A DNA stretch of 64,000 bases from Dendrobates tinctorius (GCF_039654945.1 NW_027361676.1:76136001-76200000); one strand, 5' to 3'. Shown: positions 26,120 to 38,590, counted from the first letter of the stretch. Numbers and translations: made by a program. The notes: generated from the letters alone by a model not told the origin.

Positions 26120-26769
26120 CAGTGATGGTGAACCTTTCTGAGATCAAGTGCTCAAACTGCAAACTAAAGCTCAATTATTTATGATGAAGTGCCAACATGT
26201 GCCAAATGTCCCATCATGATCTCTTTCATGTAGAAATATGCCCCATCATGATCCCCTTCATGTAGAAATATGCCCCATCATGATCCCCCTTCATGCAGAA
26301 ATGCTCCATCATGATCCCCTTCATGCAGAAATATGCCCCATCATGATCTCCTTTAAGCAGAAATATGCTTCATAATGCTCCCCTTCATGTAGAAATGCCC
26401 CATCATGATCCCCTTCATGTAGAAATATGCCCCATCATGATCCCCTTCATGTAGAAATAATGCCACACTCATCGCCACACTCACCACACACACACACACC
26501 AGCGGCCACACACACACACTCACACACACCAGCGGCCACACTTGCCTCTCTGCGCGCCGGCAGCTTCCTCAGCTCTCACTTCCTCTCACACATTGAGAGG
26601 AGTGGCCACGGCTGGATGACATCATAACTCAGGTCCTCGGTCGCGCCGCTCAATGTGTGAGAGGCAGCCAGGAAGCTGCAGCTTCGGATCAGTGAGGCGA
26701 GGTCGCATGCCAGCTGAGAGGGCTCTGCGTGCCTTCTCTGGCACGTGTGCCACAGGTTCGCCATCACTG
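26120..26769. mobile_element. hAT/Charlie-type MITE with ~31-bp minisatellite (26210-26460)
   Basis: CAGTGATGG TIRs, 8-bp TSD GCCTAGAT (26112-26119, 26770-26777). Confidence 0.9.
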
Positions 26770-26777
26770 GCCTAGAT

Positions 26778-27355
26778 GATATACAGAAAAAAACCCTATT
26801 TGGGAAAGAACAAACAAATCACGGCACCCTAAGTAAATAAACACAATGTTATAGTCTTTGATGGGTGCACAACTTCATGCACTCACCTGACGGAAGACCA
26901 AGTGAAAGAGCCAATCACAGGCTCACACAGGACAAGTAAATCAAAAAGAACACATCCAGCCCATGAACAGCAGCGCTTCCCAGGACTCACATCCAAAGAT
27001 GATATTTTAAGGTTGTTTTTTTTTATCTGATAAGAGATATAACACGTTTCGGATACAGTATATAGCCTTCTTCAGGTATCATAAAAACACAATAGAAATC
27101 CTACTAGTAAAAATTAAATCAGACTTATATAGTGGCAAACCTTTTATCCCAGCCTCAGAAACTTTATTTAGGGTGTTGACAAGGCTCACGAGCACTCCCA
27201 CTGATTAGTCCAGTCCTTCAAACCACATTCTGATCAACATGAATGTAAAAAAAAACATTTAAATTCTCTTTATGATATCATTTAATCCATTTGGATATAG
27301 TGTTCCCAAATGACATATCCAGAAAGTTTCTTTTCAGTTTCTTTTAATTTTTGAA
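26778..27355 (-). mobile_element. Penelope-like element 3' end/pseudo-LTR: endonuclease C-terminus, hammerhead motif, retained intron
   Basis: ETFWICHLGTLYPNGLNDIIKRI* at 27330-27259 matches the WI..L.T..P.GLN end of PLE GIY-YIG domains. CAG|GTGAGT at 26886, TTCTTTCCCAAATAG| at 26796. Confidence 0.85.
27036..27080 (-). ncRNA. Minimal type I hammerhead ribozyme motif
   Basis: GATAC-CTGAAGA-A-GG(N13)CC-GAAA-CGTGT-T-ATATC. GATA/TATC can form stem I. Confidence 0.6.
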
Positions 27356-27439
27356 CGTAAAACTGACTGCAATCAATGGGGGGCATCATGTCGTGTCTGG
27401 AGACCCCCTGATGCACCTAAACAGTGGAAACCCCAATTC

Positions 27440-27816
27440 TAGCTCCAACCCTAACACAGCCGTAACTTAAACCCTATCCCCAATACACCCCTAACCCTAA
27501 TCCAAACCCTAACCCCAACTCCACCCTAACCCTAACGCCAACACAACCCTAACTCTAGTCCCAACCCTAACCCAAGCCCCAACCCTAACCCAAGCCCCAA
27601 CCCTAACCCCAGCCCAACCCTAACCCTAGGTATAACCCCAACCCTAACCCTAGCCCTAGCCCTGACCCTAAGCCTAGCCTAACCCTAACCCTAGCTCTAA
27701 CCCTTGCCCCAACCCTACCACAACCCTAACCCTAGTTCTAACCTCAATCCTAACACTATCTCTAGCCCAAACCCTAATCCTAGCTTTAGCCCCAACCATA
27801 ACACTAACCCTAACAT
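27440..27816 (+). repeat. Degenerate telomere-like (CCCTAA)n tract
   Basis: Direct reading. Confidence 0.85.
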
Positions 27817-28469
27817 CAGGGCCGGACTGGGACTAAAATTCAGCCCTGGCATTTGAAGTTACACAGGCCCACTAATCACATGGTGACTATATAATATCTT
27901 TGTACAGTTGTAGTTTACAAGAAGTGAGAGGAGATTAACACGACTATATAACATGTAGTCACAGCTGTGCCCAGTATTTCAGCTCAGTCCTATTTATTGC
28001 TTTTAGGTACAGTACTCCTCCCAAATCTCTGCCCCCTTTTGTATGCATGATTACAGAATTCCTGGCAGAACTGCTCTCTATTGGGCATCCAGACCCCCTG
28101 GTCATAGCCGCCTCTATCATACCTCCCAACTTTTGAAGAAGGGAAAGATGGACAAAGACTGCGGCGCGCTCAGCGTGCCGCTGCAAATTTTGGCCACGCC
28201 CAACCACACCCATTTCACGACTAGTCACACCCATGTCCACACCTAATCGCACCCATTTGGCACTGCTGATCACACTGACTGGTACTGAGTGCACAGTGGC
28301 TGGCATTATGGGCACACTGACTGGCACTAAGGAAGAGAGAAAACAGAGAGAGAGAAAAAAGAAAACAGAGAGAGCGAGAAAGAAAGGGGAAAGAAAGAAA
28401 GAAAGAAAGAAAGAACAGTGAGAGACAAAGAAAGAACAGTGAGAGACAGAGAAAGAACAGAGAGAGAAA

Positions 28470-28597
28470 NNNNNNNNNNNNNNNNNNNNNNNNNNNNNNN
28501 NNNNNNNNNNNNNNNNNNNNNNNNNNNNNNNNNNNNNNNNNNNNNNNNNNNNNNNNNNNNNNNNNNNNNNNNNNNNNNNNNNNNNNNNNNNNNNNNN
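28470..28597. other. Assembly gap (N run) within GA-rich low-complexity DNA (28330-28695)
   Basis: 128 N. Confidence 1.
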
Positions 28598-29029
28598 AGA
28601 GAGAGAAAAAAGAAAGATTAGAGAGAGAAAGAAAGAACAGAGAGAGAATGAAAGAACAGAGAAAGAAAGAAAAAGAGAGAAAGAAATAAAGAAAGATTCT
28701 ACAAAGATACTATAGCAGCCCGGCTCCCATTGTAGTGCCCACCTGAGCCTCCCGCTGCAGGACCTATCCGCTCACATGGCCGGCATCCCCGATTCCAAGG
28801 CGATCCTGCTGTCTGCGCTGTCGGAGGAGGACACGGTGATGGATCTGAAGCATTCCTGGTTCCGTCACAATCTCCTCAAGAAATTATCTCATTTCCGGTC
28901 AGCTTCCAGCACATCACTTCAGGTGGAACGTCATGTGTGTGTTTTAAAATGCTCCTCGGGGCTCCGCCGTGTACTCCTGTGTCCGTGGGAAAAGCCCGCT
29001 TTGTATGCTTTGTACACACTTGGCTTCGT

Positions 29030-31300
29030 TCCGTACATCCCGTACTCATATGGCTCCACTCCATACACACACGGTTCCACTCCGTCCACCTTGTACACGC
29101 GTGGCTCCTCTCCGTACACCTCGTACACGCGCGGCTCCGCTCCGTCCACCTCGTACACGCGGCTCCTCTCCGTACACCTCATACACGCGCGGCTCCTCTC
29201 CGTACACCTCATACACGCGCGGCTCCACCTCGTACACACACACGGCTCCTCTCCGTACACCTCGTACACACGCGGCTCCGCTCCGTACACCTCGTACACA
29301 CGCGGCTCCGCTCCGTACACCTCGTACACACGCGGCTCCGCTCCGTACACCTCGTACACGCGGCTCCGCTCCGTACACCTCGTACACGCGGCTCCTCTCC
29401 GTACACCTCGTACGCGCGCGGCTCCTCTCCGTACACCTCGTACACGCGCGGCTCCTCTCCGTACACGCGCCGCTCCTCTCCGTACACCTCGTACACGCGC
29501 GGCTCCGCTCACCTCGTACACGCGCGGCTCCTCTCCGTAAACCTCGTACACGCGCGGCTCCGCTCCGTACACCTCGTACACGCGCGGCTCCTCTCCGTAC
29601 ACCTCGTACACGCGCGGCTCCTCTCCGTACACCTCGTACACGCGCGGCTCCTCTCCGTACACCTCGTACACGCGCGGCTCCTTTCCGTACACCTCGTACA
29701 CGCGCGGCTCCTCTCCGTACACCTCGCACACGCGCGGCTCCTCTCCGTACACCTCGTACACGCGGCTCCGCTCCGTACACCTCGTACACGCGCGGCTCCG
29801 CTCCGTACACCTCGTACACGCGCGGCTCCGCTCCGTACACCTCGTACACGCGCGGCTCCGCTCCGTACACCTCGTACACGCGCGGCTCCGCTCCGTACAC
29901 CTCGTACACGCGCGGCTCCGCTCCGTACACCTCGTACACGCGCGGCTCCGCTCCGTACACCTCGTACACGCGCGGCTCCGCTCCGTACACCTCGTACACG
30001 CGCGGCTCCGCTCCGTACACCTCGTACACGCGCGGCTCCGCTCCGTACACCTCGTACACGCGCGGCTCCGCTCCGTACACCTCGTACACGCGGCTCCTCT
30101 CCGTACACCTCGTACACGCGGCTCCTCTCCGTACACCTCATACACACGCGGCTCCTCTCCGTACACCTCATACACGCGCGGCTCCACCTCGTACACACAC
30201 ACGGCTCCTCTCCGTACACCTCGTACACACGCGGCTCCTCTCCGTACACCTCGTACACACGCGGCTCCTCTCCGTACACCTCGCACACACGCGGCTCCGC
30301 TCCGTACACCTCATACACGCGCGGCTCCACCTCGTACACACACACGGCTCCTCTCCGTACACCTCGTACACACGCGGCTCCTCTCCGTACACCTCGCACA
30401 CACGCGGCTCCGCTCCGTACACCTCGTACGCGCGCGGCTCCGCTCCGTACACCTCGTACGCGCGGCTCCTCTCCGTACACGCGGCTCCGCTCCGTACACC
30501 TCGTACACGTGCGGCTCCGCTCCGTACACCTCGTACACGCGCGGCTCCGCTCCGTACACCTCGTACACGCGCGGCTCCGCTCCGTACACCTCGTACACGC
30601 GCGGCTCCGCTCCGTACACCTCGTACACGCGCGGCTCCGCTCCGTACACCTCGTACACGCGCGGCTCCGCTCCGTACACCTCGTACACGCGCGGCTCCGC
30701 TCCGTACACCTCGTACACGCGCGGCTCCGCTCCGTACACCTCGTACACGCGCGGCTCCTCTCCGTACACCTCGTACACGCGCGGCTCCTCTCCGTACACC
30801 TCGTACACGCGCGGCTCCTCTCCGTACACCTCGTACACACTGCTCCGCTCCGTACACCTCGTACACACTGCTCCGCTCCGTACATGCGTGGCTCTGCTCC
30901 GTACACCTCATACACACGGCTCCGCTCCGTACACCTCGTACACACACGGCTCCTCTCCGTACACCTCGTACACACGGCTCCGCTCCGTACACCTCGTACA
31001 CACATGGCTCCTCTCCGTACACACGGCTCCGCTCCGTACACCTCGTACACACGGCTCCGCTCCGTACACCTCGTACACTCGCGGCTCCGCTCCGTACACG
31101 CGTGGCTCCACTCCGTACACCTCATACACATGGCTCCGCTCCGTACACACACGGCTCCTCTCCGTACACCTCGTACACACGGCTCCGCTCCGTACGCCTC
31201 GTACACACGGCTCCGCTCCGTACACCTCGTACACACTCGGCTCCGCTCCGTACACCTCGTACACACGGCTCTGCTCCGTACATCTCATACACACACAGCT
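29030..31300. repeat. CpG-rich 30-bp minisatellite (CCGTACACCTCGTACACGCGCGGCTCCGCT)
   Basis: Direct reading, with 28- and 30-bp variants. Explains the spurious long ORFs. Confidence 0.97.
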
Positions 31301-33084
31301 CTGCTACATCCACACTGTAAATCTTGACCCCACACATACTTACCTCAACCAGCACCATGACAACAGCAAAGCAGAGTCTTGCAGACGGTAGAGGCAAGGC
31401 TGAGCGCACAGGACCTGTGATGAGGTCACAGGAGGGGCGGAGTCAGGGGTGATATGATCGGGGGTCTGGACAAAGGCTCCTGATCATGTGACCCCCTGAC
31501 TCCTCCCCTCCTGTGACCTCATCACAGCTCCTGCGAACAGAGCGACCAGGCAAGCGAGTGCGACGCTGTGAGTGGCTGCGGGGGTGAGGGGGTCTCATGC
31601 TACGGCGAGGATGGGGTGCGTGGGGGGGCGTGGCGGCTTATCTCCCTGCAGTGCGGGAGGAACTTGAATCTATCACCGCCATGCTGCAGAGGGCCGGCGG
31701 CAGGAGCCACAGTGGCCGCAGCAGCTGGCAAGCGGCCAGATGTTGGGGCTCTGCCGCCCGCGGCCCACGTGACAGCGGTCCAGCGGGAAAATGCCCGGTT
31801 GGTTATATTGCCAATCCGGGCCTGCCTAACACTAATAGAGAAATGGAAAAAAAATATTTTTTATTATTTTTACTTAACTAAGGAGATAATAAAGGGGCAT
31901 TTGCTTTACTATTTTTGCTTTATTATTTTTTATTTTGATCACTGTGATAGGGTCTATCACAGTGATCAATATGATCCAATAAGAGAAACTCCTGTTATTG
32001 CTGGGTGCCGGCCGGCAGAGCTCGGTGGGCACACTGCGCATGTGTCAACCATTTTCTTCCTGGAAAAAGATGCCAAGGGCCGGGGGACAGCCAGAGGGAC
32101 AAGGGGACACCGGAGGTACTGGGGTGCTCGGGTGCTCCCTCGTTTATGAGCCCTGCCATGCGCCCAAACAGTGGCTTTCCTCCACATACGAGGTATCAGC
32201 GTACTCAGGAGAAATTGCACAACAAAGTTATTTTTTGTGAAAATAGTAAAATGTTCTTTTTTCCTTCCACATTGCTTTAGTTCTCGTGAAGCACCTGTAG
32301 GGTTAATAAACTTCCTGAATATGGTTTTGAGTACCTTGAGGGGTGCAGTTTTTAGAATGGTGTCACTTAGGGAAATTTTCTGTCGTATTGACCCCCAAAC
32401 TCACTTCAAATGTGATGTGGTTGCTAAAAAAAATGGTTTTGTAAATTTTGTTGGGAAAATTAGAAATCGCTGGTCTACTTTTAACCCTTATAACATCCTA
32501 AAAAAAAAGTTTCCAAAATTGTGCTGATGTAAAGTATACATGTGGGAAATATTATTTATTAACTATTTTGTGCGATATGACTCTGATTTAAGGGCACAAA
32601 AATTAAAAGTTTGAAAATTGCAAAATTTTCAAAATTGTTACCCAAATTTCCATTTTTTTTTATAAAAGTCATAGCGAAGAAATTTTTATCTCTATGATAA
32701 AGTCCAATATGTTATGAAAAAACAGTCTCAGAATCATTTGTATACATTGAAACATTGCAGTGCTGTAACCTCGTAAAGTGACAGTGGTCAGAATTGTGAA
32801 AATTAGCTTGGTCATCAAGTACCAAATTGGCTCTGTCACTAAGGGGTTAACTTTGAAATGCCTCCAAATAAACCGCTCTGTCTCTTTTAAACCACATACT
32901 TGATTTGTATTGTGAGTGAATAACCAGCAGCACATATTATCCACATTTTCCATTATTTCAATTGTATGTTGCATCTGCCAACCCATGGAGTTGCAATAGT
33001 TGGAACATCTCTTTTTTGAAGCATAAAACTGTACTATCCCACACAGCTATACAAGGTGAGCAGTAATGCTTTCTCTTATACACT

Positions 33085-36000
33085 CAGGGGTGGATTAAGG
33101 GTAGCCAGGGCCCGGGGCAGTTCAGACTCTGTGGGCCCCCCTCGTCACGTGACGGGGGTCATGAATCGTAGAGCCACACTCTACATAGAGAATAATGGAG
33201 CCTCCAGCACCGCCCTCCACCCGCAGAGCCGCACTCCACATAGAGAATAATGGAGCCTCCAGCACCGACCTCCACCCACAGAGCCGCACTCCACATAGAG
33301 AATAATGGAGCCTCCAGCACCGACCTCCACCCGCAGAGCCGCACTCCACATAGAGAATAATGGAGCCTCCAGCACCGACCTCCACCCACAGAGCCGCACT
33401 CCACATAGAGAATAATGGAGCCTCCAGCACCGACCTCCACCCACAGAGCCACACTCTACATAGAGAATAATGGAGCCTCCAGCACCGACCTCCACCCGCA
33501 GAGCCGCACTCCACATAGAGAATAATGGAGCCTCCAGCACCGACCTCCACCCGCAGAGCCGCACTCCACATAGAGAATAATGGAGCCTCCGGCACCGACC
33601 TCCACCCGCAGAGCCGCACTCCACAGAGAATAATGGAGCCTCCGGCACCGACCTCCACCTGCAGAGCCACACTCCACATAGAGAATAATGGAGCCTCCAG
33701 CACCTACCTCCACCCGCAGAGCCGCACTCCACATAGAGAATAATGGAGCCTCCGGCACCGACCTCCACCCGCAGAGCCACACTCCACATAGAGAATAATG
33801 GAGCCTCCGGCACCGACCTCCACCCACAGAGCCACACTCCACATAGAGAATAATGGGGCCTCCAGCACCGACCTCCACCCGCAGAGCCGCACTCCACATA
33901 GAGAATAATGGAGCCTCCAGCACCTACCTCCACCCGCAGAGCCGCACTCCACATAGAGAATAATGGAGCCTCCAGCACCGACCTCCACCCACAGAGCCGC
34001 ACTCCACATAGAGAATAATGGAGCCTCCAGCACCGACCTCCACCCGCAGAGCCATACTCCACATAGAGAATAATGGGGCCTACAGCACCGACCTCCACCC
34101 GCAGAGCCGCACTCCACATAGAGAAAAATGGAGCCTCCAGCACTGACCTCCACCTGCAGAGCCGCACTCCACATAGAGAATAATGGGGCCTCCAGCACCG
34201 ACCTCCACCCGCAGAGCCGCACTCCACATAGAGAATAATGGGGCCTCCAGCACCGACCTCCACCCGCAGAGCCGCACTCCACATAGAGAATAATGGGGCC
34301 TCCAGCACCTACCTCCACCCGCAGAGCCGCACTCCACATAGAGAATAATGGAGCCTCCAGCACCGACCTCCATTCGCAGAGCCGCACTCCACATAGAGAA
34401 TAATGGAGCCTCCAGCACCGACCTCCACCTGCAGAGCCGCACTCCACATAGAGAATAATGGGGCCTCCAGCACCGACCTCCACCCGCAGAGCCGCACTCC
34501 ACATAGAGAATAATGGGGCCTCCAGCACCGACCTCCACCCGCAGAGCCACACTCCACATAGAGAATAATGGGGCCTCCAGCACTGACCTCCACCCGCAGA
34601 GCCGCACTCCACATAGAGAATAATGGGGCCTCCAGCACCGACCTCCACCCGCAGAGCCATACTCCACATAGAGAATAATGGGGCCTCCAGCACCGACCGC
34701 CACCCGCAGAGCCGCACTCCACATAGAGAATAATGGAGCCTCCAGCACCGACCTCCACCCGCAGAGCCATACTCCACATAGAGAATAATGGGGCCTCCAG
34801 CACCGACCTCCACCCGCAGAGCCGCACTCCACATAGAGAATAATGGGGCCTCCAGCACCGACCTCCATTCGCAGAGCCGCACTCCACATAGAGAATAATG
34901 GAGCCTCCAGCACCGACCTCCACCTGCAGAGCCGCACTCCACATAGAGAATAATGGGGCCTCCAGCACCGACCTCCACCCGCAGAGCCGCACTCCACATA
35001 GAGAATAATGGGGCCTCCAGCACCGACCTCCACCCGCAGAGCCACACTCCACATAGAGAATAATGGAGCCTCCAGCACTGACCTCCACCCGCAGAGCCGC
35101 ACTCCACATAGAGAATAATGGGGCCTCCAGCACCGACCTCCACCCGCAGAGCCATACTCCACATAGAGAATAATGGGGCCTCCAGCACCGACCGCCACCC
35201 GCAGAGCCGCACTCCACATAGAGAATAATGGAGCCTCCAGCACCGACCTCCACCCGCAGAGCCATACTCCACATAGAGAATAATGGGGCCTCCAGCACCG
35301 ACCTCCACCCGCAGAGCCGCACTCCACATAGAGAATAATGGGGCCTCCAGCACCGACCTCCACCCGCAGAGCCGCACTCCACATAGAGAATAATGGGGCC
35401 TCCAGCACCGACCTCCACCCGCAGAGCCACACTCCACATAGAGAATAATGGAGCCTCCAGCACCGACCTCCACCCGCAGAGCCGCACTCCACATAGAGAA
35501 TAATGGGGCCTCCAGCACCTACCTCCACCCGCAGAGCCGCACTCCACATAGAGAATAATGGAGCCTCCAGCACCGACCTCCATTCGCAGAGCCGCACTCC
35601 ACATAGAGAATAATGGAGCCTCCAGCACTGACCTCCACCTGCAGAGCCGCACTCCACATAGAGAATAATGGGGCCTCCAGCACCGACCTCCACCCGCAGA
35701 GCCGCACTCCACATAGAGAATAATGGAGCCTCCAGCACTGACCTCCACCTGCACAGCCGCACTCCACATAGAGAATAATGGGGCCTCAAGCACCGACCTC
35801 CACCCGCAGAGACGCACTCCACATAGAGAATAATGGGGCCTCCAGCACCGACCTCCACCCGCAGAGCCGCACTCCACATAGAGAATAATGGAGCCTCCAG
35901 CACCGACCTCCATTCGCAGAGCCGCACTCCACATAGAGAATAATGGAGCCTCCAGCACTGACCTCCACCTGCAGAGCCGCACTCCACATAGAGAATAATG

Positions 36001-37811
36001 GGGCCTCCAGCACCGACCTCCACCCGCAGAGCCGCACTCCACATAGAGAATAATGGAGCCTCCAGCACTGACCTCCACCTGCACAGCCGCACTCCACATA
36101 GAGAATAATGGGGCCTCAAGCACCGACCTCCACCCGCAGAGACGCACTCCACATAGAGAATAATGGGGCCTCCAGCACCGACCTCCACCTGCAGAGCCCC
36201 ACTCCACATAGAGAATAATGGAGCCTCCAGCACCGACCTCCACCCGCAGAGCCGCACTCCACATAGAGAATAATAGAGCCTCCAGCACCGACCTCCACCC
36301 GCAGAGCCGCACTCCACATAGAGAATAATGGAGCCTCCAGCACCGACCTCCACCCGCAGAGCCGCACTGCACATAGAGAATAATGGAGCCTCCAGCACCG
36401 ACCTCCACCCGCAGAGCCGCACTCCACATAGAGAATAATGGAGCCTCCAGCACCGACCTCCACCCGCAGAGCCGCACTCCACATAGAGAATAATGGGGCC
36501 TCCAGCACCGACCTCCACCCGCAGAGCCGCACTCCACATAGAGAATAATGGGGCCTCCAGCACCGACCTCCACCCGCAGAGCCGCACTCCACATAGAGAA
36601 TAATGGAGCCTCCAGCACTGACCTCCACCCGCAGAGCCGCACTCCACATAGAGAATAATGGAGCCTCCGGCACCGACCTCCACCCACAGAGCCGCATTCC
36701 ACATAGAGAATAATGGAGCCTCCAGCACCGACCTCCACCCGCAGAGCCGCACTCCACATAGAGAATAATGGAGCCTCCAGCACCGACCTCCACCCGCAGA
36801 GCCGCACTCCACATAGAGAATAATGGGGCCTCCAGCACCGACCTCCACCCGCAGAGCCGCACTCCACATAGAGAATAATGGAGCCTCCAGCACCGACCTC
36901 CACCCGCAGAGCCGCACTCCACATAGAGAATAATGGGGCCTCCAGCACCGACCTCCACCCGCAGAGCCGCACTCCACATAGAGAATAATGGAGCCTCCAG
37001 CACCGACCTCCACCCGCAGAGCCGCACTCCACATAGAGAATAATGGGGCCTCCAGCACCGACCTCCACCCGCAGAGCCGCACTCCACATAGAGAATAATG
37101 GGGCCTCCAGCACCGACCTCCACCCGCAGAGCCGCACTCCACATAGAGAATAATGGAGCCTCCAGCACTGACCTCCACCCGCAGAGCCGCACTCCACATA
37201 GAGAATAATGGAGCCTCCGGCACCGACCTCCACCCGCAGAGCCGCATTCCACATAGAGAATAATGGAGCCTCCAGCACCGACCTCCACCCGCACTCCACA
37301 TAGAGAATAATGGAGCCTCCAGCACTGACCTCCACCCGCAGAGCCACACTCCAAATACATGGCTGCTCTCAGTGCTCTGTGCTGTGCGCACAGGACCTGT
37401 GATGAGGTCACAGGAGGGGAGGAGACAGGGGTCACATGATCGGGGGCCCTGACACCTTCCCTCCTGTGATCTCATCACAAGCCTTTGCACGCTACCAGCA
37501 GCATCAGCGTTCACGCTACTTATAGATGCTGCTGGTAGCAGAGCACATAATGCCTCCCCCACGGTCACTCACTTTTAGGTGGGGAGAAGATGGAGTGCCA
37601 TTGCAGCAGCCAGCAGGAATGTGGTGGGGGCCCCCTTAGAAGCTCTTGTGGTGGGGGCCCCGGGGCTGAAGTCCCGCCTGCCCTGCCTTTAATCCGGCCC
37701 TGCGCGGTGGCAGATTATAATGGGGCAATTTACTGGCCTGGGCTGTGGGCCCCTTAACCCCACTGGGCCCGGGGCAACTGCCCAAATTGACCTCATTATA
37801 ATCCGCCACTG
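33085..37811. mobile_element. Composite non-autonomous hAT element carrying a 4.2-kb minisatellite
   Basis: Left TIR CAGGGGTGGATTA, inner right TIR ending 37702, mini-element 37705-37811. 8-bp TSD TATACACT (33077-33084, 37812-37819). Confidence 0.85.
33170..37352. repeat. 55-bp minisatellite, ~76 copies
   Basis: Unit ACATAGAGAATAATGG(A/G)GCCTCCAGCACCGACCTCCACCCGCAGAGCCGCACTCC. Confidence 0.98.
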
Positions 37812-38167
37812 TATACACTGGTATATTGGATAAAACTGTATTGCACTTAATTTATCCCTACAGCCTATCCATCTGTTGGTCTTTATTTTTATGCTTCTGC
37901 ACAACCTGTTAATCAAACTGTATGCAAGCATAACAGAGGGTACGGCAAGATATTGGACAGGGGCAATAAGAACACTGTTGCTTAGTAAAGGAGAGGACAT
38001 TCCAATACCTATAGTGCTTGTAGAATCCTAATAAACAGAAACCACACACACAAAAAAAGTGGACGGAAAACTAAAGCATGAGAATAAAGACATAGACTCA
38101 TACGTTCAACAATAACAATTTAAGTTGGTTGTTGTGAAGAACATTCCTCCGCTTCAGCCTCATGGTA

Positions 38168-38590
38168 TCAATTCTTATGGAAATAATTTATGGACTTCCA
38201 TGCGCTGCTTGACAAAATACAGGATCCCAATTAAGGTGAAAGATTAATCATTTATTCCCAATGCGTTTCGAAGTAACGTTTCGAAGATGTCTGTCATCCC
38301 CTGAGGAAGAAGTAACCTTTCCTTCGAAACGCGTTGGGAATAAATGATTAATCTTTCACCTTAATTGGGATCCTGTATTTTGTCAAGCAGCGCATGGAAG
38401 TCCATAAATTATTTCCATAAGAATTGATGTTTTGGCGATCACTTGGTTTGACCTTAGGATTCCTAGTCAGCTGCTGCACGTCCAATGTGCTTGATCTCCC
38501 CTGCAAACAGGTGAGTGAATTTCTTTTACTTTTTTGATATTAACCAGGATAAGACCCTATTGCGCTTTTCTGTTCCTTTAGTATATTGCA
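38168..38590 (+). mobile_element. Penelope pseudo-LTR with inverted 5' arm, nested in the b3gat3 palindrome
   Basis: 15-bp TSD TTCAGCCTCATGGTA (38153-38167, 38591-38605). 38168-38272 is the inverse of 38322-38427. Hammerhead motif. Putative 71-nt intron 38511-38581 (CAG|GTGAGT...TTCCTTTAG). Confidence 0.85.
38297..38339 (+). ncRNA. Minimal type I hammerhead ribozyme motif with palindromic stem III
   Basis: TCCC-CTGAGGA-A-GAAG(N9)CTTC-GAAA-CGCGT-T-GGGA. Predicted cleavage after 38335 (GUU). Confidence 0.7.

Larger units (their letters stand above)
27817..31824. mobile_element. Non-autonomous hAT element carrying a GA-rich tract, a coding-like fragment and a 30-bp minisatellite
   Basis: CAGGGCCGGACTGG ... 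CCAATCCGGGCCTG TIRs, 8-bp TSD CCTAACAT/CCTAACAC. Internal hAT-like end CATACCTCCCAAC at 28118. Spans an assembly gap. Confidence 0.8.
27385..32846. mobile_element. Rearranged piggyBac-type element: + fragment (27385-27816, 31833-32140) split by a hAT insertion, joined to an inverted left end (32150-32846)
   Basis: Homology to 60296-62758. Ends GGCTCTGTCACTAAGGGG-TTAA (32847-32850), the reverse complement of that copy's left terminus. Confidence 0.7.

Noticed and set aside
28776-31409. Long ORFs up to 796 aa
   Set aside because: Translations of a stop-free 30-bp minisatellite in multiple frames and strands.
31413-31500. C/D box snoRNA (TGATGA...CTGA)
   Set aside because: Part of a repeated palindromic module in transposons; no guide complementarity recognised.
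33122-37568. ORFs of 1162 and 1012 aa; CRISPR-like periodicity
   Set aside because: 55-bp tandem repeat with no unique spacers, open in several frames, eukaryotic context.
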